DNA from: Nitrospirales bacterium
Lineage (GTDB): Bacteria; Nitrospirota; Nitrospiria; Nitrospirales; UBA8639
Direction of reading: 5' to 3'
Assembly (NCBI GenBank): GCA_965223295.1
Contig: CBDCWC010000003.1
Coordinates: 1 to 64,000 of the forward strand
Length of the DNA: 64,000 bases
The number at the start of each line of letters is the position of its first letter. Position 1 is the first letter of the stretch. A program made the position numbers and the translations under genes. Positions 9,322 through 18,663 of the stretch are shown here, one piece after another. Under the pieces are notes generated by a model. It had not been told where the DNA came from, did not search any database, and saw only the letters and a list, made by a program, of their open reading frames with translations.

Positions 9322-11031
9322 TTATGGGCTGTGAAGAAATGACCCCAATATAGGCCACGAACGGGAGTTGCGAATTTTCTCAAATGCCCCTAGTTCAATT
9401 TGCCGAATGCGTTCACGTCCGACGCCAAAGCGTTTGCCAACTTGCACGCGATCTAATTCATGCTCCCCGGTCCCAATTCCAAAACGATACCGAAGGATGT
9501 CTTTGTACCGACAGGGCAATTCGTCCAAGACCTGCATGGTGTATCTTTGCAACTCCCTGTCCGAACAATATTGCATCGGGCTCAGGTCTGAGCTTGGCAA
9601 CATCATACTGATAGCAGAGTCTCCGGCATGATCATTCTGCGGCGAGTCAAGGGTGACTGATTGCCAGGGTAAATTCTGTATTTGGTCAACCTTTTGAAGG
9701 GAAACATTCGTTTCATGTGCCGCGCTTCTAACGGATTGGACTCCTACATGTTGGGTGACATCTCGACTCTTTCGATCAAGCCCTCGCTTCACTAGCACTT
9801 TATTGATCGGAATCCGCACGGTTCGTTCTCGATCATCAATTGCACGCGTAATCGCATGGCGGATCCACCAGATGGCATAGGTGCTAAATTTCGTTCCACG
9901 AGTGAAATCATAGCGATCCACAGCTTGCATTAATCCGATATTCCCTTCTTGAATAAAGTCCATAATATCCATATGAGAGCCGTAGTATTTTTTGGCAACA
10001 GAAACCACTAATCGAAGATTTTGCTCAACAAAACGATCTTTCTCCATGGTCATTTTTTGATCCCAGGAATTAAGTTTCCAACAAATCGCTAAAAACTCCT
10101 GAATACCCATACCCAATATTTCCTCTTCAAACCAGACGGTTCTTGCCTGCCGACTCGGCGAACTCAGAAAATCGTTCATGCTTTTGTGATGCGTTTCACA
10201 GAGCTTCGCCACCAATGAGAAATGAGAAGCCCGCATAAACAGAAAATTGGACTCCATATTTCGATTCATACTATCGACAACTTCCTGAAGCAATCTGACA
10301 TGGTTAACAATGCTCTCAAGAATTCGCGGATGTAATGAAAAAACATGCAGTCGGCAAAGAATCTCAAAACGCAATTCTTGCAGTTGTCGTTGAAGTTTTC
10401 CTTGTTTCTTCAATGTATCCCAATCACGCCGCAAACGGCGATGACATTCCAGCCATTGCTCAAGAAGGGAAATTAAAGAATCTATTTGGGAGGACTTACT
10501 CTGATGCCATATCTGATCACGTTTGGGATAGTTGAGCCGCTCATCCCCATCACCCAACTCCATATTCTGATGTAGGGCAAGCTTAGACAGAGGGACACCC
10601 TTTTGCTTCGACTGCTTAAGAATTTCTAGCAAATGTGAAAGGACCAGGGGCAGTTTGAACAGTACAACATTTTTCCAAGCTCGATACATCTGAATGGTCT
10701 TAGCAAATTGAACTTGTTCTTGATAGTTTGGGCTGGGAAACTTGGCGATTTCACTCAGATAGACCTCAATAAGTGATCTCTTCGACTGAGAAGTGCTATG
10801 GCGTTCTTGTTCTGAAATCTCTGGCAGAGTATCCAGAGGCTCCTCTAGCTCTTGAAGGCTTCCTTCCCCAAACCTTTCTTCATTCAATGAAAAGTCCTGA
10901 GATTGTGGCGGAATCATTGCTAAAGTATCATCCGGCGCATCTATCGACCCGCCTCTAAAAAATTCCTCACAACCTAATTCATGTTGCCATTGTTCTTCTT
11001 TTAGCATCACCTGTTCCCTCCTTTGGTTCAT
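9322..11031 (-). CDS. RpoD/SigA-like sigma70 factor (divergent paralog)
   Basis: Region 1.2 YLSEI, region 2 [38 protein letters not shown], region 4 RERIRQIE. Confidence 0.9.
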   Translation of the reverse strand: [569 protein letters not shown]

Positions 11032-11061
11032 GATTCTCTTTTTTCTCCAAAACCAGGACAG

Positions 11062-11094
11062 ATTGTAGGTTACCCAGATGACAATAATGTTTCA
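11062..11094 (-). promoter_or_regulatory. Pho-box-like promoter of the sigma factor gene
   Basis: Minus strand TGAAAC-N5-TGTCAT-N10-TACAAT. Confidence 0.65.
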
Positions 11095-11186
11095 TCCTCG
11101 TAAGAAAATGATCAAAACACCAACTGGAAACAAGACAATTCATTTGAAGAAAAAAGGTTGAAAGAGAAAAAGGGAACTACCGCAAA

Positions 11187-12509
11187 CTACCATATGGAAA
11201 AATAACGGAAACGGTCTCTATCTTGATGGCCTGCATAACGGAGGCCCAACTTCTTGCAATTTGCGTAAAAGGTTGTGGTTCCAGGCCAATCTGAAAAAAT
11301 GCCTAACACTCCAACCTTCTGCGCAAGCACATCAATCGTTGTCAAAATATTGCCGTCATTTTCCAAAGCATCCAGTATGGTTTGGTAATAAAACGTGTTG
11401 CCTCCCCTGAGCACATCCTCGACAATGCGCCCCGAGCGTTCTGTCGTCCACGTAATCATATTGAGTCCAGTCTCCTTGGCTTTTTCAGCATACTCCGATG
11501 GTTCGACCTTCCCGTCCTCATTCACCTCCAACAACATTGGCATAGGTGGGGCTATAATTTTCACGCCTTGGGTAGCCAGATCATTCAGAAAGGGCTCTGG
11601 ATCGGGATGAGGAATGGGGCCACCGTCTAGAAATACCGCTTGCTTCCCGAAACCGGGTCTTTTCTGTATCCACGTCAACACATCATCCAGGTTAAAGGAC
11701 TGAGCAAACACCCTTCTCGGAGAAATGCCGGCATCTCGATATTCATCAATCATCTTCAACGCATAGTTCTCTTGGCTTCCAAAAATGGCCGTAATATCGT
11801 CCGCATTTCCTGCTTTAAGTTCTGGAGTAAACTTGGCCCCCATACGGTCGAAGAGAGCAATGCTTTCAGCATGAGTGAGCAATGTACCTCCGGTAGCATA
11901 GAGATCGGTTCGAAAGTCGGCAGTTCCGCCAAGGTATCCTTCAACAGTGGTTGCATTTGTATCTGCGGCATCCATTTTTCCTTTCAGAGATTGGAACTGT
12001 TCTACCGTAAAGTCTGAAGCACAACATGTAATTTCTGAGGCATTCGTTAAATCTCCTTGAGCATCAAATTCTGGTGGAACTTTACATTGATGCCGAAGAT
12101 CGTCTCGGGCAACTACATCCGTAGTAGTATGAAGATCGCATTGGGCATGACGACACACAAGCTCTCCATCTTTGGTAAATGTCACATCACATTCCTGAAT
12201 CCCCGCCCCCATCCGGTGTGCAGCTTCATACGACTCTTTAGTATGCTCAGGAAACTGCAGAGGCGCTCCTCGATGACCAATGGAAAAATCACTTCGTCGA
12301 AACTGCTTTTTCTTCGTGCAATGTTGCAACTCATTCTTCAACTCACTGTCTTTCATTTGGTCAACAAGATACAACGGACGCGGGCCGAGTTCAACGTTTT
12401 GGCGTGTATCTCGTTCGAACCCATACCACTCACTCGCATGAACACTTACAAACATTGGCAACACCGTTAATGCAATCGCTAAAGCAACTGTGGGAGCGTT
12501 TCTATTCAT
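11187..12509 (-). CDS. Secreted glycerophosphodiester phosphodiesterase
   Basis: Signal peptide; IGHRGA..PEHT..QECDVTFTKDGELVCRH..FSDWP; AGGAGA RBS. Confidence 0.92.
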   Translation of the reverse strand: MNRNAPTVALAIALTVLPMFVSVHASEWYGFERDTRQNVELGPRPLYLVDQMKDSELKNELQHCTKKKQFRRSDFSIGHRGAPLQFPEHTKESYEAAHRMGAGIQECDVTFTKDGELVCRHAQCDLHTTTDVVARDDLRHQCKVPPEFDAQGDLTNASEITCCASDFTVEQFQSLKGKMDAADTNATTVEGYLGGTADFRTDLYATGGTLLTHAESIALFDRMGAKFTPELKAGNADDITAIFGSQENYALKMIDEYRDAGISPRRVFAQSFNLDDVLTWIQKRPGFGKQAVFLDGGPIPHPDPEPFLNDLATQGVKIIAPPMPMLLEVNEDGKVEPSEYAEKAKETGLNMITWTTERSGRIVEDVLRGGNTFYYQTILDALENDGNILTTIDVLAQKVGVLGIFSDWPGTTTFYANCKKLGLRYAGHQDRDRFRYFSIW

Positions 12510-12613
12510 AGAACTGTTTCTCCTTAACGTTAATAAATTCTTCATTCGGTCATCAATTGTGGAAATAGGTGCTCCTCGTCAAGAGAGATCAGAAGAACGT
12601 ACCAAATACACAT

Positions 12614-13432
12614 TCATTCTTCGCGTTGCAAAGCCTTTTCCGCATTCAACAAAAATTGATCCCGCCACTCCTTAATCTGTTCGACACGAAGATCATGTTC
12701 GTGAGCCACCTCTTCATACGACTTATAGCCTTTGAGTACTCTAAGTACCAGTTCTCTTCGCTTGTATTTAGACCACCTCGCTTGAGACTGGTTCCCTTGT
12801 TCTCGCTTTTTCAGATCGAGTTGCTCCTGATTCAAATTTCTAAAACCATTTTCCACGCACCTCTGATTCGGCTGCATTTTCAAGCCCTGCACCGAAAATT
12901 CAGCTGTGAAGGTTTTTGCTTCGCCGCAAGAAATAAGATGCCCCATTGGGGGTTTAAAAAGAAGTTTTTCCCTCCCCTTTGGAAGAGGAGCCGCTCTATA
13001 GGTGCCTGGCAGAACATTCAACACGCTGAAGGTTCCATCGGGGGCAATCTCTGATTCATATAACACCACTCGATAATCGTTTGAATAGATGCCTATGGAA
13101 TGAACCAGGCTTGCGTCTCCCTGAATCCGGCCCTGAACTTGGCAGACAGACTGGGGCTGCGACACCGTGGCATCCAACAAATCTTCCATCGTTCTGACAA
13201 AGACAAGAGAAGAAAGAGGCTTCCGTTTTGGAGCCAACCACGTAGACTCTTGATCAAAATGGCTCTGATTTTTCGATAGGTTCTGTGGATAGACTGAGCT
13301 TAGATTTTCAAGGAAAGAAACAACAAACACAAATACAACAAAGCACACTTTGGTGTTAGAGTGGTAGCTTTGCTCCACAGAAATCCTTTTCTCAATTGAA
13401 ACGCCAAAAAATTTCGACAGCTTGTCCAGCAT
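12614..13432 (-). CDS. Hypothetical protein: hydrophobic segment, beta-sandwich-like domain, C-terminal HTH (DUF1153/IS3 OrfA-like)
   Basis: 272 aa ORF; DGTFSVLNVLPGTY motif; RWSKYKRRELVLRVLKG..EEVAHEHDL..IKEWRDQFL. Confidence 0.6.
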   Translation of the reverse strand: MLDKLSKFFGVSIEKRISVEQSYHSNTKVCFVVFVFVVSFLENLSSVYPQNLSKNQSHFDQESTWLAPKRKPLSSLVFVRTMEDLLDATVSQPQSVCQVQGRIQGDASLVHSIGIYSNDYRVVLYESEIAPDGTFSVLNVLPGTYRAAPLPKGREKLLFKPPMGHLISCGEAKTFTAEFSVQGLKMQPNQRCVENGFRNLNQEQLDLKKREQGNQSQARWSKYKRRELVLRVLKGYKSYEEVAHEHDLRVEQIKEWRDQFLLNAEKALQREE

Positions 13433-13489
13433 AGATCACAAGGGTGGCTCCCCGGTCCCATTCACATGAGACCGGGACAGGCTGTCTCC

Positions 13490-15016
13490 TTAGAAATGCC
13501 GTTCGAGAAGCTGAAAACCTGAAACTTTCAAAATGTCATCCGTTGGGAAATCAGGAGTCCCATCACCATCAGTATCCACTAATGGCATATTTGTATCGTC
13601 GCTATGCTGAATAGAGAAATATGCAGTTGTCCCAGATGCATCGAACTTGAACCCGGTCGGCTCAGCAGAAGAATCTCTTACTGAAAGAATCTTCACACAC
13701 CCATCGCTCTTAATATTGCGATCCTTTTTATCAGGAAGACAGGCGAAAATGTCACCATTCGGATTATCTTCGATGACATAGAGATTGCCCGTTTTAGGTT
13801 GGAATGCGACATTGTCAAACGCATTGAAGTCTGGATCCCCTTCAACGAGTCTATTGATCACGATGGTCCGGTCATCTGAGGCTTCAGACGGATTCAAATC
13901 GACCGCACATTGGATTTCGCCATACAGAGAAGCCGAACGGTTCTGCGTGTTCGCCCAGCAGATCTTGACACCAGGCCCTTTGTATTTGGGATCAGGGCCT
14001 AAATCCTCCGGTCGATAATACCCAGTGGCTCCATTCGCATTGGCATCGAAGCGTGCAGATGCAGCATTGACTGACACCCAGCCACCGTTACCAATTTCAC
14101 AACCCTGCCCATACTGTTGACGGTCATCCCGGCAAGAGATTTGAGCGGCATAGACACTCCCGTCGGAAAACGGAGATTCGCTCAAAGCCCCGATATTTCC
14201 ACCACTATGGAGATTGTTTGGGATAAATTTATACAGAGCGCCACCATCTGAATCATCAGTATCTGTGCCTGGTCTCAATTCATCACCAGCATACAACACA
14301 CCCTCATCCGTGATATGGATCCCTTCCCAAGCCATGGTCGGAAGCGCCGTACGTTGAGCCACGTGTGTAGAGGGGCTGCCATTTTCATCTTCAACAGTCC
14401 CAGCCGTACGGTCTGTCACTCGATGATTATTCACATTGAGCGGATCGATTATCTCCCAACCATACCCATCAGATACTTCCTCTGTTGCGAGAATCGTTCC
14501 CCAAGGGGTTCGTCGAATACCGTCACAACCATCGATCCCACGAAGCATGGTAAACACTTGACCGTCACTAATCCGAATTCGTTGTACCGCCGGATGGTTG
14601 CCGGTATTTAACGGATTGCCTGGAAAAACCTCGATACAGAACATCAACCACTCAGGGTTAAGGTCATCTGGCCAAAATGCAAACTGATCCGCATGCCTGG
14701 CAGCGTTGCGCGTGACATATTCTACCTGTAACCCTCTGGCCAGTTTCACTTGCTTTCTTGCCCCTTGTTGCACCATTCGATAGCCTGGCAACGTTACTGG
14801 AGCTGAGCCTCTAATTGGCCTTTGGATCCCAAAATACTTCATCGAATTGTGTCTGAGCTCTTTTTCTGTCAGCCTGCCAAAATCTTTGTGGTTCGACCTG
14901 CGAATATCTTCCTGATTCGCATCGACAAGACTTGGATTCGCACTGACGAAACTCGGTAATAAAACAGCCGCGAGTCCTAGCATTCCAACAGTTTTCAATA
15001 ATGATCGGGAATTCAT
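13490..15016 (-). CDS. phoX: Alkaline phosphatase PhoX family (DUF839)
   Basis: Signal peptide; RTPWGTILATEE, WEG, RPED, DNVAF, EPTG, SIQH motifs. Confidence 0.8.
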   Translation of the reverse strand: MNSRSLLKTVGMLGLAAVLLPSFVSANPSLVDANQEDIRRSNHKDFGRLTEKELRHNSMKYFGIQRPIRGSAPVTLPGYRMVQQGARKQVKLARGLQVEYVTRNAARHADQFAFWPDDLNPEWLMFCIEVFPGNPLNTGNHPAVQRIRISDGQVFTMLRGIDGCDGIRRTPWGTILATEEVSDGYGWEIIDPLNVNNHRVTDRTAGTVEDENGSPSTHVAQRTALPTMAWEGIHITDEGVLYAGDELRPGTDTDDSDGGALYKFIPNNLHSGGNIGALSESPFSDGSVYAAQISCRDDRQQYGQGCEIGNGGWVSVNAASARFDANANGATGYYRPEDLGPDPKYKGPGVKICWANTQNRSASLYGEIQCAVDLNPSEASDDRTIVINRLVEGDPDFNAFDNVAFQPKTGNLYVIEDNPNGDIFACLPDKKDRNIKSDGCVKILSVRDSSAEPTGFKFDASGTTAYFSIQHSDDTNMPLVDTDGDGTPDFPTDDILKVSGFQLLERHF

Positions 15017-15240
15017 TCTAGCTTTCTCCCTTTTTTAGAAAAGTTGCATTGAACAAAATTTACTTAATGCGTCCTAAGCGTTAAATGTTAGGTGTCAGAC
15101 ACCTTTTTCTAGATTATCTTAAACATTTTTCAGTTCTTCACCTCCTTTCTCACTTCTTCTGTTTCTTGGACGATGCATGAAATACATGATGTATCCTGAA
15201 ATTTGTAATGTAGCCACCAGTTGCATACCTCACATTTGCA

Positions 15241-15306
15241 CTTATATCAAAATTAGGTTACAGATCGGTTTCAAATAAGAAACAGAATTAGGAAAATAGT
15301 GTGAAA
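15241..15306 (-). promoter_or_regulatory. Pho-box-like array and -10 upstream of phoX
   Basis: Five hexamers at 11-bp period (TTTCAC, TTTCCT, TGTTTC, TGAAAC, TGTAAC), then 10 bp, then TATAAG. Confidence 0.7.
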
Positions 15307-15570
15307 ATTCATTTTAGGTGTCAGCCACCATTTTCAAGAGAAACGTCGACGGCTGCCTAGCGTAAGAATACGGGTATTTTAATTCGCACCCGACTCTTTT
15401 TTGTTTGGGTTAATTTTTTGTTCATCAACTGCGCGACTCTTCGTCTGGATAGCCTCAGAATTGCCCAGACTCGTGACCTTTTATTGCAAAATCGATTCAT
15501 TTCATTCTCCGCAGACAATTGGTTCATCTAGAGATCTTTACATCTGAAATCTTTTGCCCAACGTTGTTGA

Positions 15571-17103
15571 TCAATTTGGCAACAGCGTTGTCTCAAAAAC
15601 ACGGTTTCCTTCAACATTCCTAATGGAAACTGTCAAATTTCCTTGAAGATCAACTTCCACATGCCCGAAATTCAGCCAAGGCTTAGCCTCTTCCCATGTA
15701 GACACGGCTTCAGCACTTTCCGGCCCATAGAAAAAGAGGCTTTCCGCTCCCAACGAATCGTCAAAATCTCTATTTGGGAAAAGGCCGGCATTCATCGGTC
15801 CCGTCACAAATTCATGGATCTGGAAACCAAAATCGGCGAGAGACGGGGTGTAACGAAACACCCCTCCAAAATGAACATCCGTCGTGATGAACACTACATT
15901 TCTACGCGTTTGCTTCTGAAGAGTTTCTAAAATCTCTCCAAGTTCATGTTCAAACCCTGTGTCTTGATCGAAATTAGCCCAACCATCCCGTCCTAGTTCA
16001 GGCGGAAAACCAGTTGGAATTGAAATGGGTACGCTTGAGACAATAACTCTCCAGGTGGCATTAGACGCTTGAAGCTTTTTTTTCAACCAATGCAATTGCT
16101 CGCGGCCAAGCATCGTTTTCTTAAACTCCAAACGATCTTCTTCCAGATTGGCATCACGGTATTGCCGGTTATCAAGGAAAAAGAGGTCTAGGTGCTTGCC
16201 CCATCGTACATGTCGGTACAATCGTTCAGGCGTGAGTTTTTTCTCTGCAATGGGGTTGTAGGCAAGAAAAGCTTGAAGCCCGATGGGGAGGAGATGCTGG
16301 CCTGAGGTATAGGGTGGAGTATCACGGGTATCATGCAATGGACCAAAGTCATTCACGACCTCATGGTCATCCCACACTGCATAGTACGGAACGTGAGAAA
16401 GTAATTTTTGGAATTGTTGATCTTCCCGACTATATTTCCAATGTGCCCAGAAATTCGGGAGGTCAGCCGATTTAACAAAGTCGCCTGGAATTTGAGCATT
16501 CTGATAACGTCCGACTGATTCACAAACACCATCAGCATAGATCATATCTCCAAGTCCTATAAAAAAATCTAGGTCTAATGTATTGATGGCTTTGAAAATT
16601 GGAAATCCTTCTTGTTGATCCCGGCAAACATTTTGACCGGCCACGTCTCCACCCCACGCAAAGCTCACAGATTGCAGTTCATTCGCTTTGGGAGCTGTCC
16701 GAAATGTTCCTGAGGTCGCGCCATCAGAACCGTGAGAACGGAAAAATGTGTTGTCATTCCCAAACCAAACGACATAGCGATATTGGGTATCCGGAACCAG
16801 CCCTTTGACTCGAACTTTTCCTGTGAAATCTCGTGTAAGATCAACTGTGATGTGTTTTCGTATTGGCTTTCCAAAGCCATGCTTCGACTTCAAACGTACA
16901 TGCATGGTCACGGCTTTGTTGGTTCTGGCCCAGATCACGGCACTGGTAGACGTCACATCACCCACCATGACACCATGGGTAATAGGTGCTCCAAATGTCG
17001 GCTTCATGGCTAGAGACCCCTGAGGGATCAAAAGCCTTGTGGACAGTAATACGAGAACAACCAGGAATCTTGTGGAGATATTGTTTGGTTGCGGAGCACA
17101 CAT
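15571..17103 (-). CDS. phoD: Alkaline phosphatase D family protein
   Basis: GDVTSTSAVIWAR, GDMIYAD, WDDHEV, LDNRQYR, TDVH motifs; AGGAGG RBS before MCAP. Confidence 0.92.
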   Translation of the reverse strand: MCAPQPNNISTRFLVVLVLLSTRLLIPQGSLAMKPTFGAPITHGVMVGDVTSTSAVIWARTNKAVTMHVRLKSKHGFGKPIRKHITVDLTRDFTGKVRVKGLVPDTQYRYVVWFGNDNTFFRSHGSDGATSGTFRTAPKANELQSVSFAWGGDVAGQNVCRDQQEGFPIFKAINTLDLDFFIGLGDMIYADGVCESVGRYQNAQIPGDFVKSADLPNFWAHWKYSREDQQFQKLLSHVPYYAVWDDHEVVNDFGPLHDTRDTPPYTSGQHLLPIGLQAFLAYNPIAEKKLTPERLYRHVRWGKHLDLFFLDNRQYRDANLEEDRLEFKKTMLGREQLHWLKKKLQASNATWRVIVSSVPISIPTGFPPELGRDGWANFDQDTGFEHELGEILETLQKQTRRNVVFITTDVHFGGVFRYTPSLADFGFQIHEFVTGPMNAGLFPNRDFDDSLGAESLFFYGPESAEAVSTWEEAKPWLNFGHVEVDLQGNLTVSIRNVEGNRVFETTLLPN

Positions 17104-17168
17104 GGACAACCTCCTTTTCATATTAGATTCACTATTTATTAAATGGTACGGATTCTCATTCATCTTCG

Positions 17169-18254
17169 TCAGGGAAACGCAGCGTTCTGCCTTACTATCC
17201 GCTCTTGAATGGTGAAGACATTCTGAGAATGCGGCTTGACTGTGACCTTTAACCAATGGACATCAGGACTACCGAAGGTTTGGCTTCTCGTCACATTCCC
17301 AAGCATGGCCGGTCTGCCATCTGCCGTCACACGAAATCCATCAAGAGGTGCACCAAACATTGGTTTATCGATAAAAAACACATGAAAATCACCATGGACT
17401 AAAACCACAGGCTTTTGAAATTCCAAAGCTCGTTCACGCAGGGTATTGATAAATCGATTAAACCCGGCTCGACCAACCTCGGTTTCCTCCAAATCAAATC
17501 GAGGATTCCCATGAATCATGATCAACACACCTGGACTGGCACTTCGTTTAGCGACATCAAACGTATGGTTGAGCCACTGAATGGACGCCTCGTCACGGCT
17601 TTGGAATTCTAAAAGCCGATCAGACCGTGGATTCTCGACTGAATCATGTGGATCAATCCCGCTCCAAGGAGCCAAGTTATTGTTACTCCCGACAATGTGG
17701 ATCGTCGAAAACACCACACGTTTCTTCTTAAAAATGACGTTCTCAACATATTCCTCGAACCCGGGAACTAGACTTTGTGGGTGAACCGAGATAGGACGCT
17801 GTCCCGTGGAACGATAAGGATCTGGGAAAAAGACCGTGCGCAGAAAGGACAAACGCTCTAAGGGATTGAATTGTCCATTGCTCTCCCGGTGGCAATCTGT
17901 CCATTCATTGTCACCAGGGGTATAAATAAAGGCTCCTTTAAACTTTTGATATTGCTCAAAACGATCAAAATAGACCTGATCATCACAACGAGCTCCTCCA
18001 CCCTTAATATCGCCGGCGTGCATCACAAATTTCACATCACGGTCACGATTCACTTCCCTGATTACATTATCCAGTTCCATCACTTGCCGATCGTCATAGG
18101 GAACATCTCCAATGAGGGCAAATGAAAACACATGCTTCCCAGAGTGAGCGTTTCCCCCTCCTCGACCAATCGGAAATTCTCTTCCAAAAGAAGTCTGGAA
18201 CATCAAGAATACAAGAAGCATCGCGATGGATACGGAATAGGGAAACTTGTTCAT
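17169..18254 (-). CDS. Secreted calcineurin-like metallophosphoesterase
   Basis: IGDVPY, HAGDIK, PGDNEWTDC, HGDFH; signal peptide. Confidence 0.85.
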   Translation of the reverse strand: MNKFPYSVSIAMLLVFLMFQTSFGREFPIGRGGGNAHSGKHVFSFALIGDVPYDDRQVMELDNVIREVNRDRDVKFVMHAGDIKGGGARCDDQVYFDRFEQYQKFKGAFIYTPGDNEWTDCHRESNGQFNPLERLSFLRTVFFPDPYRSTGQRPISVHPQSLVPGFEEYVENVIFKKKRVVFSTIHIVGSNNNLAPWSGIDPHDSVENPRSDRLLEFQSRDEASIQWLNHTFDVAKRSASPGVLIMIHGNPRFDLEETEVGRAGFNRFINTLRERALEFQKPVVLVHGDFHVFFIDKPMFGAPLDGFRVTADGRPAMLGNVTRSQTFGSPDVHWLKVTVKPHSQNVFTIQERIVRQNAAFP

Positions 18255-18315
18255 CCTCTCTCCTTTCCTAAATGACAATGAGAATATTGACCTGCATCTT
18301 CTCTGTCTGAAGGAC

Positions 18316-18381
18316 AGTCTGCAAAATAATCGTTACAGTAAGGTTTCAAAACAACCTCCTCGTAGTTACAAAAGTGTGGAA
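18316..18381 (-). promoter_or_regulatory. Pho-box-like promoter of metallophosphoesterase-phoD unit
   Basis: Minus strand TGAAAC-N5-TGTAAC-N10-CAGACT, plus in-phase upstream TTCCAC-N5-TGTAAC. Confidence 0.65.
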
Positions 18382-18663
18382 ATTTGAGAAAGGAAAAGTA
18401 AGTGTGCAGACACAAATGACAGGTCTTTGAAAAAGTTTGGGAGAAACAATGGATGTCCGCTTAAGGTGTGTAGGCTGGCATTTTAATTCGTGTCTGACCC
18501 CTTTTATTCGGGTAGAACCCAGAAGACCGAGTCCATTACTATGTGTGTACAACCCGTTCTGAAAAGAATTCCATGCCCGGGCTTCAACTCGCGCTGGAGA
18601 GGAGAACCTTTTCTTAACAGGATTCCAAATGCACACTCCACATACCAAAAGGAAACTCACAAC

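Noticed and set aside
18490-18663. Long N-terminal extensions of mgtE (also phoD 22004 and 17256, bioF 52651, ltaE 60568)
   Set aside because: Extensions lack family similarity; downstream starts fit RBS or domain boundaries better
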